Positions 1-12,185 are shown, numbered from the whole stretch's first letter. The stretch: DNA of 63,543 bases, filler included, from Basidioascus undulatus (GCA_000826855.1; 7 parts of 7 records of this genome joined end to end with filler, not necessarily neighbours in it), one strand, 5' to 3'. Notes: generated by a model not told the origin, from the letters alone. A program made the numbers and translations.

Positions 1-33
1 CCCCGCTGATATGCAGCGGCTGCGCACCCCCAG

Positions 34-2138
34 GCCGGCGCCCAAACGGTCTACGCCTGCGAAGCGAGCAACATGGCGGACAAGCTGCAATTGGTGCGTC
101 CCCACCTCCTTCCCCTTCTGCACCCCCACCCCCTCCGTCTCCGTCTCCGCTGCCGACTCCCCCCGACCCGCGCTGAACAAGGTGTGGGACGGGAGACAGG
201 TTGTGGACGAATCGAACACGGGCGGGCGGAACCCCTTTTTGCGGGGGAAGGTGGTTGTCGTTAAGGGTGCGTCCTCCTTGAGGAAAGGGAAGACGGAAGG
301 AAGGGCAGGGCTGAGATATCTGGGAGATGACGGGGGATAAAGGGAAGATTGAGGAGCCCGAGTTGCCCGTGCCCACGCGGGTGGACACGATCATCAGGTG
401 TGCTCTCCTCCCTCTTCCCTCCTCCCTTTCTCCCTCCAATCCTCTCTTCTTCTCTTTCCTTTCCCCTGACGCACAATCCCACCGTATCAGCGAGCCAATC
501 GGTCCGTCTCCCTCGCCCAACTACCCAGACTGTGAGCCAACCCTGACGTGGTGGGTGGGCAGGCGTCCTCCTCGTCCACGAGCGCATGATCGAATCCTTT
601 ATCGTCGCGCGCGATCGGTTCCTGAAGCCTGGCGGGGCCCTGTTCCCGTCATCCGGTCCGTCTTTCCCCATTCATCCTCCCTTCCTTCCTCTCATCCCTC
701 CATCCTCCTTCTCCTTCTTCTTCCTTTCCCTTTCCGCCTCCTCTGTTTTATCCGCTGGTTGATGCTGACTGATGCGTGTGGAACACCAGGCACGGTCATT
801 CTTGCGCCCTTCACCGACGACGCGCTTTATCAGGAGACGATGCAGAAGGTGCGGTGCTCCCCCTCCCTACCCCTCTCCCCGCTCCCACAAGCTGATATGG
901 GTGGTGTTGGGGATGGGGGCAGACGACCTTCTTCTCCCAGACCAATTTCTTAGGTGTGGACTTCACGGGCTTGTACGAGAGCGCGGTGGAGGAGGTGTTT
1001 GGTGCGTCTTCCCTCTCCCCATCCCCCTCCTCTTCTTCTCCTCTTCCCCGTGCTGACATTTCTGGGAAGGCCAACCTGGTGCGCACATCCTCCCATGTCT
1101 TTCGTGCTGTGATATTGCAACTGATATGTGGGGGAAGTGGTCGGAATGTTCTCCCCCTCCCAGCTCGTCGCTGAGCCGGACTCGCCACATTTGTTCGATT
1201 TCTACCGGTGCGCCTTTCCGGGCTGACAAAGGGCTGGAGTTTGAGCTTATCTTGGCGGAATGGTGGGGAAGATGCACACTCCCTGATCTATACCGGTTCA
1301 CGATCCCCTTTATGTGGACGTTTAACCGCACTGCACTCGTGCGTACCCTGCTTTCTCCTCCCCATCCCTCTCTTCCCTCTCCTTTCTCACCTTCCCCCTC
1401 TCTGCCCACACTCCTCACACCCGACAGTGCCACGGCATCGGCGGGTGGTTCGACCTCTTCTTTGGCTCCCCCGCCCCTCCTGCAGTGCCCTCCACCTGGG
1501 CCGCCGCCCAAGCCCACGCACAGGGGCACGCGCAGGATATCCGGCTCGGCACGGGCCCCTCGGACGCGCGCACGCACTGGCAGGCGACGCGCCTGCTCTT
1601 GCGCGAGCCGCTCGCGGTCAACAAGGGCGAGGTGGTCAAGGGGTGGTTGGCGTTTAGGGTTAATGATCAGAGGAGGTGCGCTCCCTCCCTCCCCTTCCTC
1701 TGCCCCCTCTTTCTTGCGGCGGCGATTGACGGGAGGGACGACAGCTATGATCTCGTAGCGAGACTGGAAGTCGTCCGTTCCGGCGCGGGGCAGGCCGACC
1801 CCGTCCCGAGCGATCCGTGGAAGGAGTCGCGGGATCGACGTGCGGAGTCGGCCACTGTGAGATGGGGCGAGTGGAGGTTGCATGACCAGACGGTGCGTTC
1901 CTCGTCTTCCTCTTTCCATCTGCACAGTGCTGATACTGATAGCGGTGGGCGGGGGAAGTATCACTACGGGACGTACTTCCCCCCTGCGTCTGGGACAGGC
2001 GCGGACGGCGCGTCGGCGGCGGCGGACGCGGCGGCGCTCGTGCCTACGCAGGTGCAAGATACGGGCAGCTGGTGGGCTGCCACGGCGGCGGGTGGGCAGG
2101 TGATGTCCCTCGCACTTCACATACGACTGGCGCCTTGA
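34..2138 (+). CDS. CARM1: CARM1/PRMT4-like type I protein arginine methyltransferase (5'-truncated, multi-exon)
   Basis: Spliced exons give AGAQTVYACEASNMA, KIEE..DTIISEPIGVLLVHERMIESFIVARDRFLKPGGALFPS, LAPFTDDALYQE, GVDFTGLYESAVEEVFGQPVVGMF, GIGGWFDLFF and the THW loop (TGPSDARTHWQATRLLLREPL). These match CARM1-type motifs (SEPMG..ERM.ES, APF.D..LY.E, QPVV). Confidence 0.88.
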
Positions 2139-2889
2139 TGACTGAACCGGGACTCTTCCACTTGGGCAGGTATGATGCGCGGGGAACGGGTGGATTACCG
2201 ATGCGGACTCGAGGGCGGGCGGGAATGAGCAAGGATATTCGGATCTGGTGTGGCGACGGGGGAGGGGATTATGTGTACTATGGGCTTTGGGTTGGGTTTG
2301 ATGGGACTTGTACTGGACTCGCGAGTCGAACCAGAAGGGAAAGAGATGTGGACCTACGTTACGGCTCCTGCTTGCATTCTAAGGGAGTCTTAAGAGGGGC
2401 GCTGCACATTCCTGCAGCGTTGTATACTCCACGCAATAACGAAAGCGAGAGAACGACGCTCGGCTCGGTCGTTCGAGAAAACTGTTCAAATAGAAGAAGA
2501 AAACAGAAAGCGCTGGCAATTGATAGAAGTCATGCAGCGGACTAGGACCATTGCGAAAGCCTACCTAGTTTCCCCCCGGCCTTACGCTCGACAGCATCAG
2601 TAGTCCGGGGGAGCGCTCTTGATTTATAATTTCAGTAGGCGTTGATGACTTTCTGGTACAGACATCAATGCACTGAAATCACCCGAAGCGGCAAGCCCTG
2701 GTAGTTGGGCACGCAGGGGCACTGTTTTGCACGCCAGTTTCAAGCAGCCTCGCCCACTGCGTGCTTCGGCCCCCATCCGCAACCGCTTTGACGCATCCGA
2801 CACCTTACGCAGCGCCTGCTCAGCGCGCTCTCAATAAGTATAGGCGAGGCTGCAGAAGAGGCTCTCTCTCTTCCTCATCCCACCAGCTG

Positions 2890-4050
2890 CCGTGCACGCT
2901 GCGCTGCGCACTTCCCGCCGACTTCTCACCCACTCCATACCCCCGTACATTTCGACCATCAACCGTAAAAAAAGTCGCTCCTTTCACTCTCTTCGCCGTC
3001 CAAGATGCCGCTTTCTGGCACCGTTTCCACAATCCCGACCGTCGTGCGAGTGTCACGTTGAAGTGCCGCGGCGCAGGTAACCCCTCTGTGCTGTCTCCTC
3101 GACCGATCTTATACTGACCCAACTCCTACCTTCCCTTTATCTCATAGATTAGAAATAGCCAAGCCCCTCACATAAAGCATCTATCTCTGGGATAGAGAGC
3201 TCGTCAAAGCAAATGTGCGCCCCATTTCGGTCCCACTTCCTTCCACTTGGCACACAACTCATCTGCGACTCCGACCGCATCGACAGGTTTCCTATTAGTG
3301 AACCTCTCACTACTCGTTTCACGGATCTGTCCGGGTCCCGAGGAGGACAATCCAAAACTCCGCCCCGCCCTGGGCCCAGCGTAATACGTGGCATCCCGTG
3401 CAACTGCGCGTCTGTAAGGTCTTGGTCTACCTCTTTGTCTGGGAAACACAGCCAGCTTTGTGGGGGTGGAGGGCGGAGAGGTGGGATGCGGCTGCTCGGG
3501 GCGAGTAGGGTCCGGCTTGCAATGTCATCTCGGGTGTGCATGTTGCCAAAGCAGGGATTGTTCCGCTGCAAGCCATTGTCTGCGAGATACTTCGACCATA
3601 ATTAAGTTGAGACCTATGAAAGTCTCCACATTTCACATGGAGGACTTCACGAAGTGGCCTTTTCACGACGTCGCTCTCAATCGGATCCTCTACCATCCGC
3701 TTCGGCTGTACGGCGTAAAGACGAAAACTGCTTGATTGCATATGAACACTCTTCACTTTACGCACGGAAATGATCTTTTTCTGCAAGGAGGTACAGCTCA
3801 GAGCATGGATCGGCGATTCAGAGTAACGCCAGTAGTCCGTCTGATATGAGGCCCAAAATAACGAAGTCAGTAGTGTGTCTGCGACGAGCGAGCTGCCGGA
3901 AGCCATCGACTCCTAAAAGGCATCCATCAAAAGGGTTCGCTTGGATCTGTTGGAAGTGGTTAAGGGGTGCATGCTTAAAATAAATTGACAAGCGGACCGA
4001 GCTGACTGCTTGCGCCTCCTCGAGGCTCGACATTAGGGTGTGGTGCTCTG
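2890..4050 (+). pseudogene. Degenerate F-box-like/LRR-type gene
   Basis: LPAD/LLTHSI N-terminal motif across a frameshift; intron gtaacc..ctgac..catag (3077-3147); then EIAKPLT*SIYL, resembling the 'IA.PLLY..I.L' segment after fungal F-boxes. Many stops downstream. Confidence 0.4.
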
Positions 4051-4309
4051 TACCCTCAATCTAATATTCTTACTTCCTATGGTATAGGATGCGCTACGGT
4101 ATCTGCTCAAATACAGCCGGCGACGCACTGCTTCGAATCCCGCCTTGCTGACGCAGCCCAGATGCGCTGGAGCTCGCACAGTCCCACCTCAGGCTGCTGC
4201 ACATAGAAATACAGGCATGCACTGCGCCTACAATGGCGACGAAAGTAAGCACTGCCGTACCCATTACTGACAAACCATGGAGCCCCCCATCTCCCTCATC
4301 GCCTCCTTC

Positions 4310-5929
4310 TCACTGCTCCACCGGCGTCGGGATATTCCTTTCAGGATACCTACCCCCCACCCCTCCCACATCAGCGCCCAATCCCTTCCGCCGTTTTCCG
4401 TCCGACTCACCGTTCCTGCATCCGCCGCGCCAAATCAGGCTCGTACACCCTGTCCTCGCCGAGCTGGTTCCCGAGCGTCAGCCAGCCGGGGCGCGTGTTG
4501 TGCTTGCGGCCGAAGAGTTCTGCGGTGCCTCACCGAAGTTAGCCTGCATTGAAGAGGATGGCGAAGGCGACGGTGTGGAAGGAGGGGAAGAAGGGGAAGG
4601 AGAGCGAGAGCGAGAGCGAGACGCACCGATCTTCCGCCCGCCGGGACAACACCGCTCGATGATCCCGTACACCTCGTCCGGCTTCCTGCTCGTCTCTCTC
4701 ACTGTCCGCACCCCACAGCCAGAACCTCACCCGCTCAGCCTCCAGCTCTTCCTTACCAGTCATTGCAGGAAACGCACCCTCGCTGACGACGACGTCCACG
4801 TCCATTCCGCGATTGAGCCACTCAGGCCAGCGCACGGCGCCCGTCGGGCCCGTCTTGATCCCCACGAGGCAGTGCTCCTTCGTGTGGTTCAGCCAGTGCC
4901 CGGTGCGCCCTGTCCGGATCAGGCGCTGGAGCTGGTCTGTCCCGCCCCACCTCGGGGTAAGTAGCATGCTTCCCTCACTCCCCTCTTCCAGCACGACACA
5001 GAACGCAACTGATTTTGAGCCAGGCGATCTCGTCGATCTGCGGTTGGCAGGGGGAGGGGGAGTCCGTAAGCAGGTAAGGGAGAGAAGGAGGGAGAAAGAG
5101 GAAAGGAGAGTAACCCACCCGCTTGTACCCCCAAATTGCCATGCACTCCCTACCCAGTTCCAGCGCGCGCCCCGTGACCCACAGAAAAAGCAGCCCGCCC
5201 TCGTCCGAGAGCGCGGGGATCGGCATACCGCGCATCTCGTCATCGGTCATCTGCCCAGCTCCCCAAGATCAGTTTCGAACCAGAGGGAGAGAGAAGAGCG
5301 GAGGCAGGAGGGAATCGAGGAAGGGAGACGGACCGTTCCGTAGGGCAGCTTCCGGGAAGCGGGTGAGCGAGGAGAAGATGGGTTGGGAGGAGAGAGGAGA
5401 GAGGAGAGAGGAGAGAGGAGAGAGGAGGAAGGGGCGACGAACAGACATGTGGATATCCCAGGGCGGGTCGGCGACGATTACTTGGAATCTGTCAAGCTGA
5501 CGATTGAGTACAGTGCGTGCAGGGCAGGATTACACCAAGCGAAGGGAAGACGCACTTCCCAAGCACGGAATAATCGAACCTCCTCAAATCACAATTAATA
5601 AACTGTCCCCTCCCACCTCATCAGCCCCCACAAACTCTCACCAAAAACAACCCAGAACATTGCAAGGAAAGGAGAGGGAAGGAGGGGGGACACACCTGCC
5701 CTACAGCGTACTGGTTCGTCGCAAAGTGCAGTACAGCCTGCGCCATGTCCTCGTCCCTTCCGGGCCGGCCCGCAGGGATGCCCTTCTTCGCGCCGTAGTC
5801 CCCCCCGGCCGGGATCTCGGACTTCTGGTTGGGCTGCTCGATCCCAAATTTCTCACATCAGGTACCTTCCTTCCCCCAAATAGGAAAGGGGGAGACGGAC
5901 CTTGGTGTCGTCGGGGGAGGTAGTCATCT
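4310..5929 (-). CDS. IME4: MT-A70 family mRNA N6-adenosine methyltransferase, METTL3/IME4 catalytic subunit (5'-truncated by contig end)
   Basis: Exons encode [29 protein letters not shown] (catalytic DPPW), [95 protein letters not shown]. Stop TGA at 4310-4312. Confidence 0.95.
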
Positions 5930-6029
5930 CTGCCGAAGGAGGGTTAGTTGGGTGGAAGGGACGGGTGAAGGGGGGCGGGGTGAAGCGGGAAGGAGGGGAA
6001 GAGAGGGACAAGGGGGGAGAAAAGATAAG

Positions 6030-6048
6030 AGATCGGAAGAGCACACGT
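6030..6048 (+). other. Illumina TruSeq adapter remnant
   Basis: AGATCGGAAGAGCACACGT at the very end of contig 1. Confidence 0.95.
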
Positions 6049-6049
6049 T

Positions 6050-6149
6050 NNNNNNNNNNNNNNNNNNNNNNNNNNNNNNNNNNNNNNNNNNNNTTAATTA
6101 ATTAANNNNNNNNNNNNNNNNNNNNNNNNNNNNNNNNNNNNNNNNNNNN
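6050..6149. other. Artificial contig-join spacer
   Basis: N44-TTAATTAATTAA-N44 (stops in all six frames). Confidence 0.99.
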
Positions 6150-6563
6150 TCTTTCCCCGCCCTCTTTGTTCTCCCGCTCCAGCCCGAGCGTCGCCTTCCG
6201 CACGCCCCACATCAGCGTGCGCGCCGCGGCCCTCTCCTCCTGGAGCGCCTCCCCCGGGGGAGAAGACGAGCTGTGGAGGCTTGAGATCTTATCTATGTGG
6301 GCCGAGAGCGCTGCGATGTCCGCGCGGACGGTGCTTATCTGTGGAAGGTGGATCAATGGCGCTGTTGCGGGATAGGAGAGGGAGGACAGACTTCTTGAAA
6401 GAAGGTGGTTAGAGCATTGGGAGAGGCGCTGGCATTTGAGCTCTCCAGCTCGATGCGGGTTGTGTCGAGCTGCCTGGTGTAAGCATGGGGGTGTCAAGTC
6501 GCGATCGACCTTCAGACCTGCGTTGGGAAACAGTCACTCGTACTGCTGAGATGTCCTGGACAT
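6150..6563 (-). CDS. Syntaxin (Sso1-like t-SNARE), N-terminal part, 3'-truncated
   Basis: Spliced MSRTSQQYE-QLDTTRIELESSNASASPNALTTFFQE-ISTVRADIAALSAHIDKISSLHSS resembles the start of the Habc domain of fungal plasma-membrane syntaxins (FF.EI..I...I......I..I..LH). Confidence 0.7.
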
Positions 6564-7630
6564 GGTGCGGAGTCTTTCGGTTTGTGAAGGTAGGAGAAGA
6601 GGTAAATAAATAAGATGGGGAAGAACACTGGAACAGACTCACGCCGATCAGGTTCCGAGGCGTTTGGACGAGGCGGTGTTCCTGGCTTCCTGTGCAAGCT
6701 GTTCACGGCGAACGCCTGTCACGGCCACGAGATCTGCTGTGGACGGCGCGCTCGAGCACTGGATTTATTTTGAGCTTAAATTATCTGTACACTCCTGTGA
6801 ATCAGTTTTGATATGACTGGAGTAAAGGGCGTTCTTGGGGTGCGGCCGTTTTGGGCCATTTTGGGCCAGGCAGAACATGCAGTACACTTTGCGCTGGATG
6901 CCCACTGACATGCGTGCTCTTTCCCCCAAATGATTGAAGCAAACCAGTAGTATTCCACACTTATTGCTCAATGTCCTATATAGAAATGGCTTCCGTGGAG
7001 TGATGACCGATTTACTGAGGAACTGCGTCCATAGGCAAGGGAGGGTGTGAGCCTCCGAATCATTACCCGTGAGTGAGTCGCGAAGGACTTTTTGTCTTTT
7101 CCTCATAAAGGCTAAAGAGGAATTCACCTAAGAACCAGTACCTCTAGAGCTACAGAATGGTACCAATCTGAGAAGGAAGTAACTGTTGCGCAGGCTTTGC
7201 CATGCCAGACTGTGCTGGCAGAACCACAGCCCAATATCACCACTGACGATAGCTACCCTGATTAAATCACTTTGAAATGGGGAAATTAACCTAAAAATAT
7301 ATCGCCAGGGTCGTCCTGGCTGGGCAGCCAGTCCAGTTTTGGAATGTCCACAGGGAAACAACGCCGAACCAGCTTGCAATTCTAATCGCAAGGCGTCCCT
7401 CGCTCGCGTCGACCCATCGCGCAACATTTGAGGCGTCGGGAACTGTAATTTACCGTTGTTCATTTGAGGAGCACCATATTTCCCAGGTATCTGCCCCCGC
7501 GCTTTCACGCAGACTGGCACTCCATTGAGATAAGTTTCACGTGAGCTCCCGCCGAGGGCTTGGAAGGTCTTCGCAGGCGCGAACGCTTATCTCCACAACT
7601 ACACCTCGTCCTCTTCTCCCATCAACACCT

Positions 7631-8171
7631 ATGCAAGCCGAGCATAACTACCTTGAGGTCGTGGGTCCCACATGGCGGTAAGCCACAACAAAAGGTCTAA
7701 GCGGGCGAGATCCACTTGCTAATGCATCGCTTGAACTTCGGTCGGGCTGCAAAATAGCCAATATCGAGCTCCTCCACCGCCTCTCTATCCCTCCTTACAA
7801 GTTCCACAGCTACATCAATCCAGCAATCTCTCGGTTCATTCACCACCTACACTCAGTTATCATCGACCGCCGCACCTCCCGTTTCCACAGCGGGGCTCTC
7901 CTTCTCGCCCGTGGTCATCATCGTCCCCCTCGCCTTCACGTTCGCCGTGGCCGTGGTAGTTTGCCTCTGGCTGCGCTTACTAGCAGGGTCTAGGAGGAAT
8001 TTGAAACCTGGGGAGAGGCGAGTCAGAGCGGGCATGCGGGGAAGCTTGATTGTTGAGGTGGGAGACGGGAGGGCGACGAACGATATCGCGGCAGAAGGTG
8101 GAAGACCCGACGTGAGGGCGGTCAGACCGATGGGTCGGATTGTCGTTGTCGATTTGAGAGGAAATGAATGA
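7631..8171 (+). CDS. Small Ser/Thr-rich single-pass membrane protein (possibly disrupted)
   Basis: S/T-rich segment followed by hydrophobic PVVIIVPLAFTFAVAVVVCLWL and a basic RR stop-transfer. Frame continuity around 7830-7856 is unclear. Confidence 0.3.
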
Positions 8172-11150
8172 GGTTTGCAGTCATGGAACGCCTAGTCCTT
8201 TGTAACCCGTAAGGAGTTAACCCAGAGACATTGTCCGTGCGGAGGTCTGATGCCTCTGAGCTGCTGGAACGCTGCAGCGATGGAGCATTGCAAGTCGAGA
8301 CGCGGCACGCATGAACTGCTGACATTTCTGCTCAAGGTGGTTCTCCCTGTTGAGGGTGCAGTCGGTGACTGGTTTCATACCTCCATCCTCTCTGGTCATG
8401 ACGTCGGACACGCAATGACAGGCTGATGCGCAGAAGAAGTCTGGAGAAAAGCAGTGAGGTTTCATAGCCTGCGGGCTTTCGCTCAAATGAATAGTTTGTA
8501 AATTGGGACCGTTGTTCCCTTACTCTTCCGACTCCCGCTTCCTCTTGCCCGCCGCCCTTGCCTTGCTTGACTACCAGCCCTCCAGCAACACCGGAGCGGT
8601 TCCCTCCTAGGGGCCCTCCGATTCGGCTTCCGCGTCGAGGATGTCGTAGCGAGTTTGAGCTTCTTCTTTTGGACCTACATCATACAAATATGAGCTCAAG
8701 AAAGTTGCTTACGCGAGATGAAAAGGAGCGCACGCACCTCTTCCATAGAACCGCGCATGATGAAGCGATAAACATGGAACGAACGCTTCTGCTTGAACTT
8801 GAAATGAACTCATCAGCCTGCACGCTTTTACTGTAGAGTGTGAGCGTTGCATTAAGCCATGCCTGTAAGTGCGACCTATGGCCTGCTGTTCAACGGTCGG
8901 GCTGTTCGGAAAGAAAGTCTGAGCGAACACCACCCTGCACCAAGTGCTGTCGAACAGGAGAGGGGGGTTGTTGGGGTTCACCTGGAACTGCTTGTACTCC
9001 ATCCAGACCGTGTTGTAAGACACGACCTGCCACATATCCATCGCTTGGGACTGTAAGATCGGATTCGACTTCACAAGTAGCAGAAATGTTTACCATCATT
9101 CCACATTAAAGTTTCAACCGTTGATTTTCAATTGTTTTTGAAGAGCATACGCCTTACAGGAGCTTCACCTATTGAATTGCTAAGAATGTGGCCCGTTGGG
9201 TGTGGAGTTGTGAGCACGAAAGCCGTGTTCAACAGCTTTCCGGACACACAGAAAATACCCAAAGACTTCGCTGATATATGCGCAAATGATCTATGTTCAG
9301 CAGATTTCAAAAGGCACAGGGGCGAGGCGAGTTTGCCGCCAGCCAGGCCAACACGGCTTGTCCCAGTTCTGCGACACGAAGATGCAGCCTCTCAAGGCTG
9401 GCGGTCGCAATTGCCGCGGCGGCAGTGGCCAGCGGGCAGTGTCAGCTTGCCAGTGTTCTCTTCAAGAATATAAAACTTTACGATTAGAAAAACCTGTGGT
9501 GTCGGACGGTAGGACAGAGCTGAGCCTGACGGACGTGAACGCGTCCCGATCTGCCGCGCGGCGACGCTGCGACGTCCCGAAAAAGTCTGGACAGGAAGAG
9601 GATGGTAGTTGCTCACGTCACTTGTAAGTGCCATGTTGTCAAGGCCTTCCTCATTCCTGACGAGAGCTCTCTCAAAAATTACACTTATGTAAGATACATT
9701 GCTTATGGTGGAGTTGGAGTTTAATATTTTTCATGAGAACACGAGCCAGCCAGGCTAAGGCCAGCCCGCTTGGGCGACGTTGTCACATTAGGGGTGGCAT
9801 GTAAATGTAGAACTCAGATGCATACCCGCCTTTGTGGCTTGTTGCTCCTGAGAGGCTGGTTGGTCACCTTCCAGCTGACATCTATCGAAGGTGGCTACCA
9901 CCCAGAGAGTCCGCCACAGATCTGTCGTCTCCAAGGGCCACCGAGCGTCACGCTCGCTGCGAGGCAACCCCCAATGCTACCTATGCGGTGAATTGGAGAA
10001 TACGAAGGGGGGGAAAACAGCGCCGAAAGGTGAGCCAGTTGCGTGCCGCCAGCCAGGCCCTGAACTGTCACCTCTGAGGTGACACGGGATGTGTGGCACC
10101 GAAGCAAGGGCCCAAGTTGTCACAGCAGAGGTGACACTGGAGTGCAACGGTCGGTTTGCGGACTTATACTTGCGCAGGTTTAGATAGAAATGTAGGTGGG
10201 CCGTATTTCATGCGCTGAAGGCAGGGCAAATGAAGGAGTACTCAACTAATCCCAGTTTGGGCACCGAATACACATTACGCTCACTCCGCACTCTCCAAGA
10301 ACTGAATATTACGAATGAAGTAAATGAAGCGGACTACAAACGTATCCACTACAAAGTAGAGAAGGGGCGCCGCTACCGCAATGCTCAGAGTCACAGCTCA
10401 TCGCAGGTGTGTGTGCGTTCGTGTCCCCAGTCATTCTCAAACAGTACCGAGCCCTACATTTCATATCAGGATGGGTTGTCATTACTACAGAGGTTATGTC
10501 TTCATCTCCAGAAATCGATCAGCCATGCAGGAGCACTCCTCTGCTCACAAAATGCTCGAAACCCCGCCACTTTCCCCTCTATCTTCCAGGCCCTTGAGTA
10601 AGAGATTAAGCCTGAGGTATAGGAAAGACCGAACAACAAAACGCTTGGGTCCTCGATACATCTTACTCTACTCACCTACGCACTCATTCACGCGACCTGC
10701 CCCTCCGAGTTCCCATAGACTGAGAGTTCCGAACGCCTTGTCAGCCTCCTCCTTTAAGAGGCAGATCTTGCTGCATTCATCCACCTTAAAGCCAGCTCTA
10801 CTCCCAAAAGCTGCGTTACGTCTTTTCGAATCTATATATTAGGTGTAGAGCGGAAGTGGGGGAGCGGCGATCTCACTACGTGCTGCAGGAAAAGGATAAA
10901 GGACCAAAGTCTGACTATAGTATGTTGGAATAACCCTATCCTTTTCAAGGCTAAATCTTCTTAGTCTTCCAAGAAAACGAAAAAAAGGGTGAGGCTCACA
11001 AATGTTCAAGTCCGCGGACTCTCGGGGACCGCCCCACGTGTTCCCGCCCCGGCCGCCGCCGTACCTGGCCCGCGTCGCACTCGCGTCCCAGCACAAACGC
11101 AGCGTCTTCTCGCCTGCCAGTTATCGCCCTTCCATCAACTCTGTAGCTTG

Positions 11151-12185
11151 ATGCGCTTGCCATTAGCCAGACTCGTCCTCCTCTCGCTCACCGTTCTTCT
11201 TTATTCCTACCTGGTCTACCGCTCCCGCACACACCCCACTATGGTCCCCCCGCGCCCTCCCAAGGGGATAGTGACCAACTTCTCCCTTCTCCCCGGCCTC
11301 GTGCACTCCATCTTCGGTGCACATCCCCATCCCTCCCCTACCCTCATAGGATCCCCACTCACCCCCTGCCTTTCTGCAGACGACGCCGTCGCCCGCGGCC
11401 AGATCTTCCAGTACCCCGCGACGCGTGCGCACACTTTCCCGCAGCACGGCATCGCCTACCAGGTCTACGAGATGCCGAACCTCGCGGAAAAGCCACCGCC
11501 GAGCCTCGCGCTCCCGGACCTGACGCGCGTGAAGGAGGGGAAGAGGGACGTGGTTAACCCGCCATTTCCGGAGGGGGAAATGGTTGCTGAGTTGGAGGAG
11601 CACTGGTTGCTGGTGAGTCTGAAAAGGGCGGGCGGAGGGGATGTGGTGGCTGAGGAGGTGCGCGCGGATAGAACAACAAATACTGCCTCACGCACTCGCA
11701 CCTCGTCCTTACCACCAAGGGTCTGTCGTCTCCTCTCCTGACGCTTGTTCTCCCCGCCCGCTCATCCCCTGCCCACCCACAGAGTTCCAGCCTCAAACGG
11801 AATCCCTCACCCATTCAGACCTCTGGACGCTCCAATCGCTCCTCCGCGCGTTCGAGGAAGCCGGTCGACCAATGCTGGGCTTTTACAAGTGGGTCTCGAC
11901 CTTCCTTCGTTCCTTCGTTCGCTGCCTCCCTCTCCCCTCGCTAATCACCCATCCCACCCCGTCAAGCAGCTGCGGCCCCCGCAGCGCCGCAACTCAGGCG
12001 CACCGACACGTCCAGCTAATCCCCATTCCGACCGAGCACGGCGGCCTCCCCGCCGAGGAGTTCGCCTCCTCCCTCGATCTCCCCACTTGTGCGTCCCTAT
12101 CCCTTCCCATCGCATTCCACCGCTTCCCCATCCCTCCTCCCCTTCCCCTTCCCCTTTCCCTGACCTTCTCCTTCACAAAGCGCAA
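11151..12185 (+). CDS. Ap4A phosphorylase / ATP adenylyltransferase (Apa1/Apa2-like), 3'-truncated
   Basis: NKYCLTHSHLVLTT, EFQPQTESLTHSDL and GFYN-CGPRSAATQAHRHVQLIP (HxHxQ catalytic motif); GT-AG introns. Confidence 0.88.

Noticed and set aside
963..2120. Long antisense ORFs (also 24470-25537, 47900-48760, 50371-51261)
   Set aside because: They are shadow ORFs of GC-rich real genes on the opposite strand, with no recognisable domains.
5387..5425. (GAGAG)n and other microsatellites (about 4601-4622, 50045-50070, 54984-55000)
   Set aside because: Ordinary intronic or intergenic simple repeats.
1..6049. CARM1 and IME4 (with TRM5 elsewhere) as a methyltransferase cluster
   Set aside because: Only two share a contig, they are convergent and separated by a pseudogene, and TRM5 is on another contig. 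There is no evidence of functional clustering.
6094..6105. TTAATTAATTAA repeated six times at intervals, resembling a dispersed repeat
   Set aside because: It is always centred in identical N44 blocks, so it is an artificial linker.
10230..10842. ORFs of 123 and 153 aa upstream of the Ap4A phosphorylase
   Set aside because: No motifs, splice pattern or coding-like composition could be established.
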